A stretch of 64,000 nt of DNA from Nannocystis radixulma (GTDB taxonomy: Bacteria; Myxococcota_A; Polyangia; Nannocystales; Nannocystaceae). The position numbers and the translations under genes are program-made. The first letter of the stretch is position 1. Every line of letters begins with the position of its first letter. Shown here piece by piece: positions 39,350-48,685 of the stretch. The stretch lies in contig NZ_JAQNDN010000024.1 of NCBI RefSeq assembly GCF_028369095.1, forward strand, positions 281,350 through 345,349, read 5' to 3'. The notes beneath the pieces were generated by a model that searched no databases, was not told the DNA's origin, and saw nothing but the letters and a program-made list of their open reading frames with translations.

Positions 39350-40447
39350 TCACCGGCGGCGGCGGACGAGCAGGAACAAGGCCAGCAGCGGGGGCGGACA
39401 GGCGCCGGCGAGGTTACAGGATGTTCTGATGGACATGTCCTCGGAGACCTGTCCTCCGGTGCCGGATCGATCCTCGCAGTCGACGGCGGGCAGCTCAGGG
39501 CCGGGGATGCGGCAGATGTCGGGCGCGGGGTCGGGGATGGACGGCTCGGCGCTCTCGCCGGGGACCGCGAGGATGTGGACGAGCTCCGGGGCGACGGCGG
39601 TGGCGGTGCGCCCGGACAGGTCGCGGATGTCGACGCGCAGGCGCAGCTCGGTGGCCGCGAGCTCGGGGCGCGGGTCCCAGGGGACGTGCAGGCGATCGCC
39701 GGCGATCGGCAGGTCGGCGGCGATCGGGAACCAGGTGTCGGGGGCGGTGTGCAAGGCGTAGGCGAGGTCGGCGGTGGCGCCCGGCTCGGCGCCGACGCAG
39801 ACCTCGAGGTCGAGGGCCTCGCCTTCGTACACGAAGGTCTCGCGGTTGGCGAACGCGGCGGCGGGGGGCAGCTCGCCGGCGGCGCTGTCGACGATCCGGA
39901 ACAGGCCGCGGCGCGGGGTCCACAGGTTGACGGGCGGGTGGAAGGTGTAGGCCGCGACCGCGTATGTCCCGGGGGACATGTCGTGAAGAGCCCAGAGGAT
40001 GGGCTCGCGCGCGGCCTCGCAGTCGATCGCGCGCGGGGCGGCGATCCGGGTGATGCAGCCCGACCACGCGGGGTTGAAGGCGACGATGTCGGCGGGGACG
40101 ACTGGCGGGAGGAGGACGCCGGTCGCGAGGGCGGCGTGCAGGTCGAGCTCGGACAGCCACTGCGGGAGTGACTCGCCGGGGGCGAGCGCGCGGCAGAGGG
40201 CGAAGAATTGGTGGGTCGGCGCGGCGTGGGGGAGGTCGCAGGTGTCCTCGTACGGGATCGTGTACGCGAGCGCGGCGGTGGGCGTGACGGCGCGATCGAG
40301 GGTGACGAGGCAGGCCTCGTCGAGGTGGACGACGGGGGTGCGCGGGCGGACGGGGTTGCCGGCGCGCGCGCGGACGGCGGGCAGGGCCGTGAACAGGAGG
40401 ACGAGGAGGGCGAGCGGCGGGGAGGCGGCCCGCTCGCGGCGGGGCAT
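39350..40447 (-). CDS. Secreted hypothetical protein with C-terminal Cys-plus-TM-plus-Arg sorting-signal-like tail
   Basis: ATG 40447, signal peptide MPRRERAASPPLALLVLLFTALPAVRA, globular body, and a C-terminus ...SCNLAGACPPPLLALFLLVRRRR*. Confidence 0.55.
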   Translation of the reverse strand: MPRRERAASPPLALLVLLFTALPAVRARAGNPVRPRTPVVHLDEACLVTLDRAVTPTAALAYTIPYEDTCDLPHAAPTHQFFALCRALAPGESLPQWLSELDLHAALATGVLLPPVVPADIVAFNPAWSGCITRIAAPRAIDCEAAREPILWALHDMSPGTYAVAAYTFHPPVNLWTPRRGLFRIVDSAAGELPPAAAFANRETFVYEGEALDLEVCVGAEPGATADLAYALHTAPDTWFPIAADLPIAGDRLHVPWDPRPELAATELRLRVDIRDLSGRTATAVAPELVHILAVPGESAEPSIPDPAPDICRIPGPELPAVDCEDRSGTGGQVSEDMSIRTSCNLAGACPPPLLALFLLVRRRR

Positions 40448-40454
40448 GGTGTTG

Positions 40455-40500
40455 ACGTGTTCTTCAAGACATGTTCGTGTGAGCATGTCTCGAAGAACAC
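40455..40500. other. Long imperfect inverted repeat (GTGTTCTTCAAGACATG ... CATGTCTCGAAGAACAC) between the lysyl-oxidase-like gene and the downstream gene
   Basis: 17-bp arms with one mismatch and a 10-nt loop, built around two ACATG cores. Possible terminator or processing hairpin. Confidence 0.45.
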
Positions 40501-40503
40501 GGG

Positions 40504-42369
40504 TCACAGCGGCATGCACGCGACCTCGACGCCCGGGTCGCTGCGCAGGAGCGGGGCGGTGAACAGGGAGACCTCGCCGCCGGGCTCGTCGGCGGCGAGC
40601 GGGGCGGGGCAGGTGAAGCGGACGGTGGTCATGGCGCTGTCGGCGACGATGCCGGTTCCGAGCGCGTGGACGTACGTGCACGCGAGCGGGACGCCGAGGA
40701 CGGCGCTGACGGGGCACACGCGCACGGCCATCGGCGCGGCGCCGGCGGGGATCGTGCACCCGAGCTCGACGGTCTCGCCGGCGTTGCAGGCGATGGCGGC
40801 GGTCTGCTCGGCGAAGCCGCAGTTGCGCAGCGGACCCTCCTGCTCGCGGTCGCAGGCGGCGGTGACGTAGCTGCCGACGGCGGGGATCTCGACCGGGCGC
40901 TCGCCGACGTTGTTGTCGTCCCAGCCGCTGCTGAACTCGCACATCGGCCGCTCGATGACGGCGCCGGTCTCGGTCCTGAGGTCGGTGGGCTCGTAGCGGA
41001 GGGCGCCGGCGTCGTCGAGCACGGGGGCGCCCTCGCAGAGGAAGCGATCGGGGTTGGAGGTGAAGACCAGCGGGGCGGTGACGGAGGCGCCCGGGATGGC
41101 GACGTCGGTGACGTCGACCCACTGACAGTCGAGGCCGGCGATGTAGTCGTCGCCCCAGCCGGCGGCGATGCCCTGGTAGTCGCAGCTGCCGTAGGGGGTG
41201 TTGAGCGAGCTGTGCTCGTGGTTGCCGGCGCGCGAGGTGGTCTGGAGGCAGAACGACTGCTTGAAGCCCTCGGCGGGCTCGTCGGTGGCGTACATGAAGT
41301 CGCCGTAGAAGCGGAAGTGATAGTGCTGGTGGCAGTCGCTGTACTCGTAGATGTTGTGGGCGGCGAGCTCGCTGGCGACCTCGCCGAGGTGGAGGTCGGC
41401 GCCGCCGACGTTCTGCACGCTGGCGTCGAACTGCAGCAGGCGGCGCCAGCCGGACCCGCCGACGCAGCCCTCGTGCATGGTGCAGCTGTCGGGGGCGATG
41501 TAGCGGTAGACGAGGCGGGCGGAGCTGCCGATGACGTCGCCGACGACGGCGAGGTCGGGCGCGTCGGGGGTGGTGACCTCGCCGAGGCGCACCTCGTCGG
41601 CGCGCTGCGGGTCCCAGGCGCGCCGCTCGAAGCGGACGACGGTGTCGACGGCGCCGACGTGGTCGTGCAGCGCGTCGACGCACGACTCGGTCGGCCGCGG
41701 CTCGCTGAGGTGACAGCCGTAGTCGGGCGCGACCTCGACGTCGCACTCGTGATCGAAGAAGTCGGCGATGTTCTCCTCGTCGGAGGAGTTGGGCGGGAAG
41801 TCCTCCTCGTCGACGCAGGCGTAGCCGGTACGCTGGCGCAGGTAGTCGGGGTCGAGCGGGAGGACGAAGGGCTCCTCCCAGGTGCCGCCGATGTCGACGA
41901 GCGCGGGCTCGGAGGCGGAGATCGAGGCGAGGTCGCTCAGGAGGGTGCCGGTGAGGGTGTAGTCGATGATGACGACGTCGTGGCCGTCGACGCTGTCGCG
42001 GCGCGCGCCGTCGCCGGCGAACTCGTAGTGAAGGCCGGCGTCGGGCGGGAGCGGCAGCTGCAGCTTGTCGTCGTGGAAGAACTGACGGAAGGCGAGGCGG
42101 TAGTTGGTCATGCGGGTCTGCCGGCGCGCGCGGGCCTCCCAGAACGCGAGCGGCTTGGCGAGGAAAAGCTCGGCGGCGCGGTCGCGCGAGCCCGCGGGGA
42201 ACTCGTCGAGGACGACACCGACGCGGCTGGTCATGACGACGTCGATGAGGGCTCCCGGATCGTCGGCGGTGTCGGCGGGCTCGCACGCGAGGACGAGCGC
42301 GGCGAGCGAGACGGTCATGCAGTCGACGAGCAGTGAGCGGGCGTAATTCGGCTCGGTTCGCGCGGACAT
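40504..42369 (-). CDS. Lysyl-oxidase-like copper amine oxidase lipoprotein
   Basis: NIYEYSDCHQHYHFRFYGDF (LOX copper-binding HxHxH) and CDYQGIAAGWGDDYIAGLDCQWVDVTDV, which parallels the LOX lysyl-tyrosylquinone region. The N-terminal lipobox is LAALVLAC. The start may be 42369 or 42318. Confidence 0.65.
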   Translation of the reverse strand: MSARTEPNYARSLLVDCMTVSLAALVLACEPADTADDPGALIDVVMTSRVGVVLDEFPAGSRDRAAELFLAKPLAFWEARARRQTRMTNYRLAFRQFFHDDKLQLPLPPDAGLHYEFAGDGARRDSVDGHDVVIIDYTLTGTLLSDLASISASEPALVDIGGTWEEPFVLPLDPDYLRQRTGYACVDEEDFPPNSSDEENIADFFDHECDVEVAPDYGCHLSEPRPTESCVDALHDHVGAVDTVVRFERRAWDPQRADEVRLGEVTTPDAPDLAVVGDVIGSSARLVYRYIAPDSCTMHEGCVGGSGWRRLLQFDASVQNVGGADLHLGEVASELAAHNIYEYSDCHQHYHFRFYGDFMYATDEPAEGFKQSFCLQTTSRAGNHEHSSLNTPYGSCDYQGIAAGWGDDYIAGLDCQWVDVTDVAIPGASVTAPLVFTSNPDRFLCEGAPVLDDAGALRYEPTDLRTETGAVIERPMCEFSSGWDDNNVGERPVEIPAVGSYVTAACDREQEGPLRNCGFAEQTAAIACNAGETVELGCTIPAGAAPMAVRVCPVSAVLGVPLACTYVHALGTGIVADSAMTTVRFTCPAPLAADEPGGEVSLFTAPLLRSDPGVEVACMPL

Positions 42370-42646
42370 CGGCGGCTCCTTGAGGGCGACAGGAGAAAGT
42401 GACAGCTGTACGAAGAACAATTGCTTGGTTGACTTCGTTCACGCGACTGTCGCCGCGCGAGCCCAGGAGCGGGTCGCGAGGCCTCGTGTGTCGCGGCGAA
42501 CGATGTTGGACGGCGCCGCTTCTTCGCGGCTCGCCGGCCTGTCAGCGCGTGCGAATGGATCGACGTTCGACGCTGTCAGTGTCGCGAACCATGTTCGGCG
42601 CGCGCGGCTTCGTCTTCGCGGCTCGCCGGCGATCGATCGACGTTCG

Positions 42647-43414
42647 CTAGGTGGACGCCTCGAACCACAGGCGGCCGTCTCGCTCGCGGGCGACCACGCC
42701 GAACGCGGCGCCGAGGTGCTCGGGGCTGAAGACGGCGCTGCAGGGGCCGACGCGGGCGCGGCCGGCGGCCAGGAGGACGGCGTCGTCGGCGTGGCGACGG
42801 GCGAGGTCGAGGTCGTGCTCGGCGACGAGGACGGCGACGCCCTCGCCTGCGAGCGCCCGCAGGTGGCGGTAGAGGCCGAGCGCGTGGCCGATGTCGAGGC
42901 CGGCCGCCGGCTCGTCGAGGATGACGACGGCGGCGTCGGCAGCGAGCATGCGCGCGAGCATGACGCGCTGGCGCTCGCCGCCGCTGAGCTGGCCGACCGG
43001 CCTGTCGGCGAACGCGCCGAGGCCGAGCCGCTCGAGGGCGGCGGCGGCCGCGGCGGCGTCGACGTCGCGCGGCGGGCCGAAGCGCGGGAGGTTGGGCAGG
43101 CGGCCGAGGAGGACGACCTCGCGGACCAGCAGGTCGGGCTCAGCCGGGCAGTGCTGCGGCAAATAGGCCAGCCGGCGGGCGCGCGCGGCGGGCGAGAGGG
43201 CGGCGAGCGAGTCGCCGAGCAGTTCGATGCGGCCGGCCTGGGGGCGGTCGAGGCCGGCGAGGGTGCGCAGGAGGGTCGACTTGCCGGCGCCGTTGGGGCC
43301 GGCGACCACGCAGATCCGGCCGCGGCGGAGGTCGAGGTCGAGGCCGTCGTAGAGGACCCGATCGGCGAGCCGGTGCGACAGGCCGCGAGCGGCGAGGGCG
43401 GGCGCGTCGGTCAT
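42647..43414 (-). CDS. ABC transporter ATP-binding protein (FecE/BtuD-like), orphan
   Basis: Walker A GPNGAGKST, signature LSGGERQRV, Walker B ILDEPAAGLD. No permease or binding protein is adjacent. Confidence 0.75.
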   Translation of the reverse strand: MTDAPALAARGLSHRLADRVLYDGLDLDLRRGRICVVAGPNGAGKSTLLRTLAGLDRPQAGRIELLGDSLAALSPAARARRLAYLPQHCPAEPDLLVREVVLLGRLPNLPRFGPPRDVDAAAAAAALERLGLGAFADRPVGQLSGGERQRVMLARMLAADAAVVILDEPAAGLDIGHALGLYRHLRALAGEGVAVLVAEHDLDLARRHADDAVLLAAGRARVGPCSAVFSPEHLGAAFGVVARERDGRLWFEAST

Positions 43415-43522
43415 GCGAGGCATTAATAGGAGGAAGCCGGGGGGGCCGGGCAAGCCCGCGGCAAGAGGTGGCGCACGCGCGGGAGCGGGCGCGCCGGCGC
43501 GGGATCGACTAGTGTTCGCCGC

Positions 43523-45463
43523 ATGTCGCTCGTCCAGCTCAGGGCCAGCAAGACGGCGCCGCCGCGCGACCTGCGGGCGTTCCTGCCGATGACCCGCGAG
43601 GAGATGGACGCGCGCGGGTGGGACGAGCTCGACGTCCTCATCATCAACGGCGACGCGTACGTCGACCACCCGGCGTTCGGCGGGGCGCTGATCGGCCGGT
43701 TCCTCGAGGGCCGCGGGCTGCGGGTCGGGATGATCGCGCAGCCGCGCTGGGATGACCCGAAGGACATCTCACGCCTGGGTCGGCCCCGGCTGTTCGTCGG
43801 CATCACCGCGGGCAACCTCGACTCGATGCTCAACAAGCTGACGGCGCAGAAGAAGATCCGCGGCGAGGACCAGTACTCGCCCGACGGCGCGCTCGAGCAG
43901 CGGCCGAACCGCGCCAGCATCGTCTACGCGAACCTGGCCCGGCAGGCGTTCCCGGGGCTGCCGGTGGTGCTCGGCGGCATCGAGGCGAGCCTGCGGCGGA
44001 TCGCCCACTACGACTACTGGAGCGACCAGGTGCGCCGCTCGGTGCTGGTCGACAGCAAGGCCGACCTGCTGATCTTCGGCATGGGCGAGCGGCCGGTGTG
44101 GGAGGTCGCGCGGCGCCTCAAGGCCGGCGAAGACATCAGCACGCTCCGCGACGTCCGCGGCACCGCGGTGATGCTGCCCAAGGGGCAGTGGGAGCACCTG
44201 CCGAAGAGCCGCTACGTGCGCGACGGGCTGCCGCTGCACCTGCCGAGCTTCGAAGAGGTGAGCGCCGACAAGGACGCGTTCCTCGAGATGTCGCGGGCGT
44301 TCCAGCACGAGACCAACCCCGGCAACGGGCGCCCGCTGATCCAGCCGCACGGCGACCGGGCGCTCTACTGCAACCCGCCGGCGCTGCCGCTCGACATGCG
44401 CGACATGGATCAGCTGTACGACCTGCCGTTCGTGCGCCGCCCGCACTGGACGTACGAGGGCAGCAAGATCCCGGCGTTCGAGACGGTCAAGCACTCGATC
44501 GTGACGATGCGCGGCTGCTTCGGCGGCTGCACGTTCTGCTCGATCACGGAGCACGAGGGCCGCATCATCCAGTCGCGCTCGGCCGAGAGCGTGCTGCGCG
44601 AGATCCGGGCGCTGCGCCGCATGGACGACTTCCGCGGGGTGATCTCCGACGTCGGCGGGCCGACGGCCAACATGTATCGCATGCGCTGCAAGAGCGAGGA
44701 GATCGAGCGCGCGTGCCGGAAGCTGTCGTGCGTGCACCCCGGTGTGTGCGAGAACCTCGACACCGACCACGCGCCGCTGGTCGACCTGCTGAAGAAGGTG
44801 CGCCAGGCCGAGGGTGTGCGCCGCGTGTTCATCGCGTCGGGTGTTCGCTACGACCTGGCTGAACGATCTCCGGCGTTCATCCGCGAGCTCGCCACACACC
44901 ATACCGGCGGACAATTGTCCGTGGCTCCGGAGCACGTGAAGGACGAAGTGCTCGCGCGGATGAAGAAGCCGGGTGTCGCCAGCTACGAGCGCTTCGCCGA
45001 GCAGTTCGCGTGCGCGAGCGAGGCCGCCGGCAAGGATCAGCATTTGGTGCCGTACTTCATTTCGGGGCACCCGGGCAGCACGCTCGACGACATGGTCGAC
45101 CTTGCGCTATGGCTCAAGGCGCGGGGCGTCCGGCCGCGACAGGTGCAGGACTTCATTCCCACGCCGATGAGCATGGCGACCTGCATGTACTACACGGGTC
45201 GCGATCCCTTCACGCGCGCGCCGGTCTACACGGCGAAAGAGCTGCGCGAGAAGAAGCTGCAGAAGTCGCTACTTCTTTATTGGGACGAGTCGCAGCATCA
45301 CCTCGCCCGCGAGGCGCTGCGGCGAGCCGGTCGCGGTGCTCTCATCGGCCACGGACCTTCGTGTCTGGTGCCACCGGAGGGAGGAGCGTCGCGTACATCG
45401 AGCGTGTCGCATGTCGCGGGCGGCAGGCGGCCGCGGCGCGGGCTCAGGCCCGCGGGACCGTGA
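43523..45463 (+). CDS. YgiQ-family radical SAM protein (UPF0313)
   Basis: FLPMTREEMDARGWDELDVLIINGDAYVDHP N-domain and radical-SAM cysteine cluster CFGGCTFCS. The 3' end may run long before the first stop. Confidence 0.85.
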   Translation: MSLVQLRASKTAPPRDLRAFLPMTREEMDARGWDELDVLIINGDAYVDHPAFGGALIGRFLEGRGLRVGMIAQPRWDDPKDISRLGRPRLFVGITAGNLDSMLNKLTAQKKIRGEDQYSPDGALEQRPNRASIVYANLARQAFPGLPVVLGGIEASLRRIAHYDYWSDQVRRSVLVDSKADLLIFGMGERPVWEVARRLKAGEDISTLRDVRGTAVMLPKGQWEHLPKSRYVRDGLPLHLPSFEEVSADKDAFLEMSRAFQHETNPGNGRPLIQPHGDRALYCNPPALPLDMRDMDQLYDLPFVRRPHWTYEGSKIPAFETVKHSIVTMRGCFGGCTFCSITEHEGRIIQSRSAESVLREIRALRRMDDFRGVISDVGGPTANMYRMRCKSEEIERACRKLSCVHPGVCENLDTDHAPLVDLLKKVRQAEGVRRVFIASGVRYDLAERSPAFIRELATHHTGGQLSVAPEHVKDEVLARMKKPGVASYERFAEQFACASEAAGKDQHLVPYFISGHPGSTLDDMVDLALWLKARGVRPRQVQDFIPTPMSMATCMYYTGRDPFTRAPVYTAKELREKKLQKSLLLYWDESQHHLAREALRRAGRGALIGHGPSCLVPPEGGASRTSSVSHVAGGRRPRRGLRPAGP

Positions 45464-45583
45464 CTCGGGGGCCGCGCCGGTCCGCCGTCGGGCCCTGCGC
45501 CGGCGTCGCCGGAGCAGGTTCGCCCGCGTGACCCGCTAGCGCACACGCTTTGGCGAAAGAGTAGTTCCGGGTCACAGGGGTTC

Positions 45584-46378
45584 ATGGCTAAGATGCCCCA
45601 ACTTATGACGATGATGCGGAGCACGCGACGCGTTGTGTTGGCGACCCTGGCGACGATGAGCCTGGCATCTTGCGAGTCGCTGTTGAACCCGACGACGAAG
45701 GTTTCGCTGGCCATCTCGCACCACGGTACGCGCGACGCGAACGGAGTTCTGCCGGATCTCGGCGAGCCCGAGGCCGCCCGCGTGTTCGTCAACGACAAGG
45801 GCTGGGAAATCTCGTTGGCCGAGGGCGTGATCGTGATGACCGCGGCGCAGATCGAGTCGTGCGCCGGCGAGAGCTTCGACTTCGAGCTGCCCTACGGTCC
45901 GTTCCCCGAGTACCAGCTGGCGCAGGACCAGGACCTCGTCGACTTCGCCATGGTCGACCTGCCCGAAGGGTCATATTGCAAGCTGCGCGTCGAGTACGGC
46001 CGCTACCAGTCGTCGCTGGCCGAGCAGGCGTTCGACACGCCGTACGCGGTCCAGGGCCACGCGCCGATCGAGGGGCTCACGGTCTACCTCGCCGGCACGG
46101 CGCGAGACCTGGCGAACGGGAGCGAGGGCGCCAACTTCGGCTTCGAGACCAATCAGACGGCGATCGTCGAGCTCGACCTGAGCACCTCGGTGGAGGGCCG
46201 CCCGCTCGTGATCACCGGCAAGGAGCCTGGCGGCAAGGCGCTGACGGTCGCCAAGACCTACGACGCGTTCTTCCGCGGCCTCGACTTCGCCAACTACGAC
46301 AAGGCGGCGCTCGAGGCCGGGCTGCTCGAGGTGCTCAAGGCCGAGACGTACGTCGTCGTCGGGCCCCAGGTCTTCTGA
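45584..46378 (+). CDS. Hypothetical lipoprotein
   Basis: LATLATMSLASC lipobox and balanced composition. Confidence 0.5.
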   Translation: MAKMPQLMTMMRSTRRVVLATLATMSLASCESLLNPTTKVSLAISHHGTRDANGVLPDLGEPEAARVFVNDKGWEISLAEGVIVMTAAQIESCAGESFDFELPYGPFPEYQLAQDQDLVDFAMVDLPEGSYCKLRVEYGRYQSSLAEQAFDTPYAVQGHAPIEGLTVYLAGTARDLANGSEGANFGFETNQTAIVELDLSTSVEGRPLVITGKEPGGKALTVAKTYDAFFRGLDFANYDKAALEAGLLEVLKAETYVVVGPQVF

Positions 46379-47249
46379 GACCGGCCAGCGCGAGCAACAC
46401 GGCGAGCCCGAGCGGGCCGCCGTCGTCGCCGCTGCGGCAGTTGCAGCCTTCGTCCGACTTGGGCGAGATGTCGAGGCAGTCGCAGGCCTCGCACGCGTCG
46501 GTGCGCAGGTCGACGCCTGTCTCTTGGTTCAGCCAGCACAGCGCGGCGTAAGGGATGGCGTAGAAGCCGCCCTTGCCGCAGGTGTAGCCGCGCGAGACGA
46601 CGCCCGCGAGCACGACCTCACCGGAGGCGAGCGTGGCGAACGCGGGGCCGCCGGAGTCGCCCTGGCACGAGTCGAAGCCCATGCCGCCGGCCTGGAACTC
46701 GAGGCCGGTGGTGCTGAAGCGGACGATCTCGACGTCGACCTGGCGCTTGAAGCCCTTGAGCATCTTCTCGTCGTCGCCGAAGCCGACCAAGGTGAGCGGC
46801 GCGCCGACGTACATCGCTTCGTTCCACTCGGCCTGGCTGGTAATCGGCAGGGTCGGCTCGACGCTGGTGATCGGCCGCTCGAGCACGACGTAGCCGTAGT
46901 CCCAGATGTCGACCTTGCACACCTCGGTGTCCGTGCCGCAGAAGTCGGGGTGCGAGCCGTGCTCGACGACCCCGACGACCTCGTCGAACTGAGAGAACAC
47001 GTCGTCGCCGATCACGACTTGCATGAGCGCCGGCGACGGGTTGCTGTCGAGGCAGTGCGCGGCGGTGAGGACGACGGTGTCGCTGACGAGGGTGCCGGTG
47101 CACAGCACGTCGCCCATGAGGATCGCCACGGCGCTCGGCCACGAGCCCGGCTCGACGAGGTCGCCGCCGTAGATCGGACTGGGCGCGGGCGCAGGCGCGG
47201 TCCACGGGAGCGGCGAGGCGAGGATGGCGACGAGGCCGAACTGCAACAT
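46335..47249 (-). CDS. Trypsin-like serine protease (S1) with MYXO-CTERM-like tail
   Basis: TAAHC (His), GDSGGP (Ser), and a C-terminus EGCNCRSGDDGGPLGLAVLLALAGLRRPGARRRR. Confidence 0.75.
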   Translation of the reverse strand: MLQFGLVAILASPLPWTAPAPAPSPIYGGDLVEPGSWPSAVAILMGDVLCTGTLVSDTVVLTAAHCLDSNPSPALMQVVIGDDVFSQFDEVVGVVEHGSHPDFCGTDTEVCKVDIWDYGYVVLERPITSVEPTLPITSQAEWNEAMYVGAPLTLVGFGDDEKMLKGFKRQVDVEIVRFSTTGLEFQAGGMGFDSCQGDSGGPAFATLASGEVVLAGVVSRGYTCGKGGFYAIPYAALCWLNQETGVDLRTDACEACDCLDISPKSDEGCNCRSGDDGGPLGLAVLLALAGLRRPGARRRRTSRP

Positions 47250-47311
47250 GCGACAAGAATAACCCGGGTCGCGGGCGATCCACGGCGCTCCGCCCCGCGT
47301 ACCGCGCAGCC

Positions 47312-48682
47312 GTGGGCGAGATCGAAATTGCCCGGGGCGCGCGGGAGCAGACGAGGACAGCGCCCCGGCGATCTGGTACCGATCTGTTCGACCCGGGGAG
47401 ACGCGTGCCGACGAATCTCTTCGCCTATCCTAACCTGGTCTCCGAGCCAGGTCCCCTCCCGCTCCGCTCGCAGCTCGACCACGACTTCACCGACGCGCTG
47501 GCCCACATCGCCCGGATCCGCACGCGCCGGCGCCTGGAGCGAGACCCGGTGTTCCGCACGATCCGCCCGCAGCTGGAGCGGGTCCTCCGCGGCTTCGAGT
47601 GGGATCTGGAGCCGACGCTCGGCCACTCGCTGGCACCGCGGCGGCCGGGGATCGTCCGCGCGGTCGCCTGGAACGTGGAGCGCGGGAAGCGCTTCGAGGG
47701 CCTGCACACGCTCCTGACCTCCGACCCCGAGCTGACCGCGGCCGACCTGCTGCTGCTGACCGAGGTCGACATCGGCATGGGTCGCTCGGGCAACCGCAAC
47801 GTGCCCAAGGAGCTGGCCCACGCGCTCGGCATGGGCTACGTGTTCGCCAACTATCACATCGTGCTGGTCGAGGGCGACCGCGGCGAACGTGGCCACGGGG
47901 TGCCGAACACCAAGGCGATGCACGGCTGCGCCCTGCTGACCCGCTTCCCGGTGCTGCGCTTCGAGGCGGTCGAGCTGCACGAGCGGCGCGACAAGTTCCA
48001 CGCGACGGAGAAGCGGATCGGCAACAAGCGCGCGCTGCTGTGCGAGCTGCTGCTGCCCGACGGGCCGCTGACGGTCGCGCTGGTCCACCTCGACCCGTTC
48101 GCCGGCCCGCGCGACCGGGCTCGCCACATCCGCGAGATCGTGGCCCGCCTGCGCGAGTTCGGCGGCGAACGCATGCTCCTCGGCGGCGACCTCAACACCA
48201 ACACGTACGACCTGAGCAGCGGCCGCGGCCTGGCCTACAACTTCTTCTACAAGCTGACGCGCTTCGGCATCGAGGGCATGGCGGCCCAGTACATGAAGCC
48301 GGAGGAGCACTTCGAGCGGGCGGTGTTCGCGGCGATGCGCGAGGGCGGGTTCGAGATCGACGGCTTCAACGACTTCACCCGCGGGACCATCTACTACGAC
48401 ATCTACGACCCCGAGATCTTCCGCAAGGCGCTCGACTACATGCCGAAGGCGATGCGCCGGGTGATGTGGACGTACCTCGAGCGCCGGCTGGCGCCGTGGG
48501 GCGGGCGGGTGCCGCTGCGCGTCGACTGGTTCGCCGGCAAGGGGCTGCGCCCGCGCGCGCCGCAGGTCATCGAGCGGCCGGTCGCCGAGGGCAAGCTGGT
48601 GTCGGATCACAACCCGATCCTGGTCGACATCGAGCTCGGACCGGATGGCGAATCGGACATGTCCGAAGAGTCCGATGAGTGA
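47312..48682 (+). CDS. Endonuclease/exonuclease/phosphatase (EEP) family protein; start uncertain
   Basis: AVAWNVERG...LLLLTEVD...SDHNPILVDIEL. The acidic C-terminal tail DGESDMSEESDE is encoded by the dispersed motif. Confidence 0.6.
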   Translation: MGEIEIARGAREQTRTAPRRSGTDLFDPGRRVPTNLFAYPNLVSEPGPLPLRSQLDHDFTDALAHIARIRTRRRLERDPVFRTIRPQLERVLRGFEWDLEPTLGHSLAPRRPGIVRAVAWNVERGKRFEGLHTLLTSDPELTAADLLLLTEVDIGMGRSGNRNVPKELAHALGMGYVFANYHIVLVEGDRGERGHGVPNTKAMHGCALLTRFPVLRFEAVELHERRDKFHATEKRIGNKRALLCELLLPDGPLTVALVHLDPFAGPRDRARHIREIVARLREFGGERMLLGGDLNTNTYDLSSGRGLAYNFFYKLTRFGIEGMAAQYMKPEEHFERAVFAAMREGGFEIDGFNDFTRGTIYYDIYDPEIFRKALDYMPKAMRRVMWTYLERRLAPWGGRVPLRVDWFAGKGLRPRAPQVIERPVAEGKLVSDHNPILVDIELGPDGESDMSEESDE

Positions 48683-48685
48683 GCG

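Noticed and set aside
39328-40500. 390-aa P/S/T-rich minus ORF
   Set aside because: Alternative frame of the better-supported 39350..40447 secreted-protein gene.
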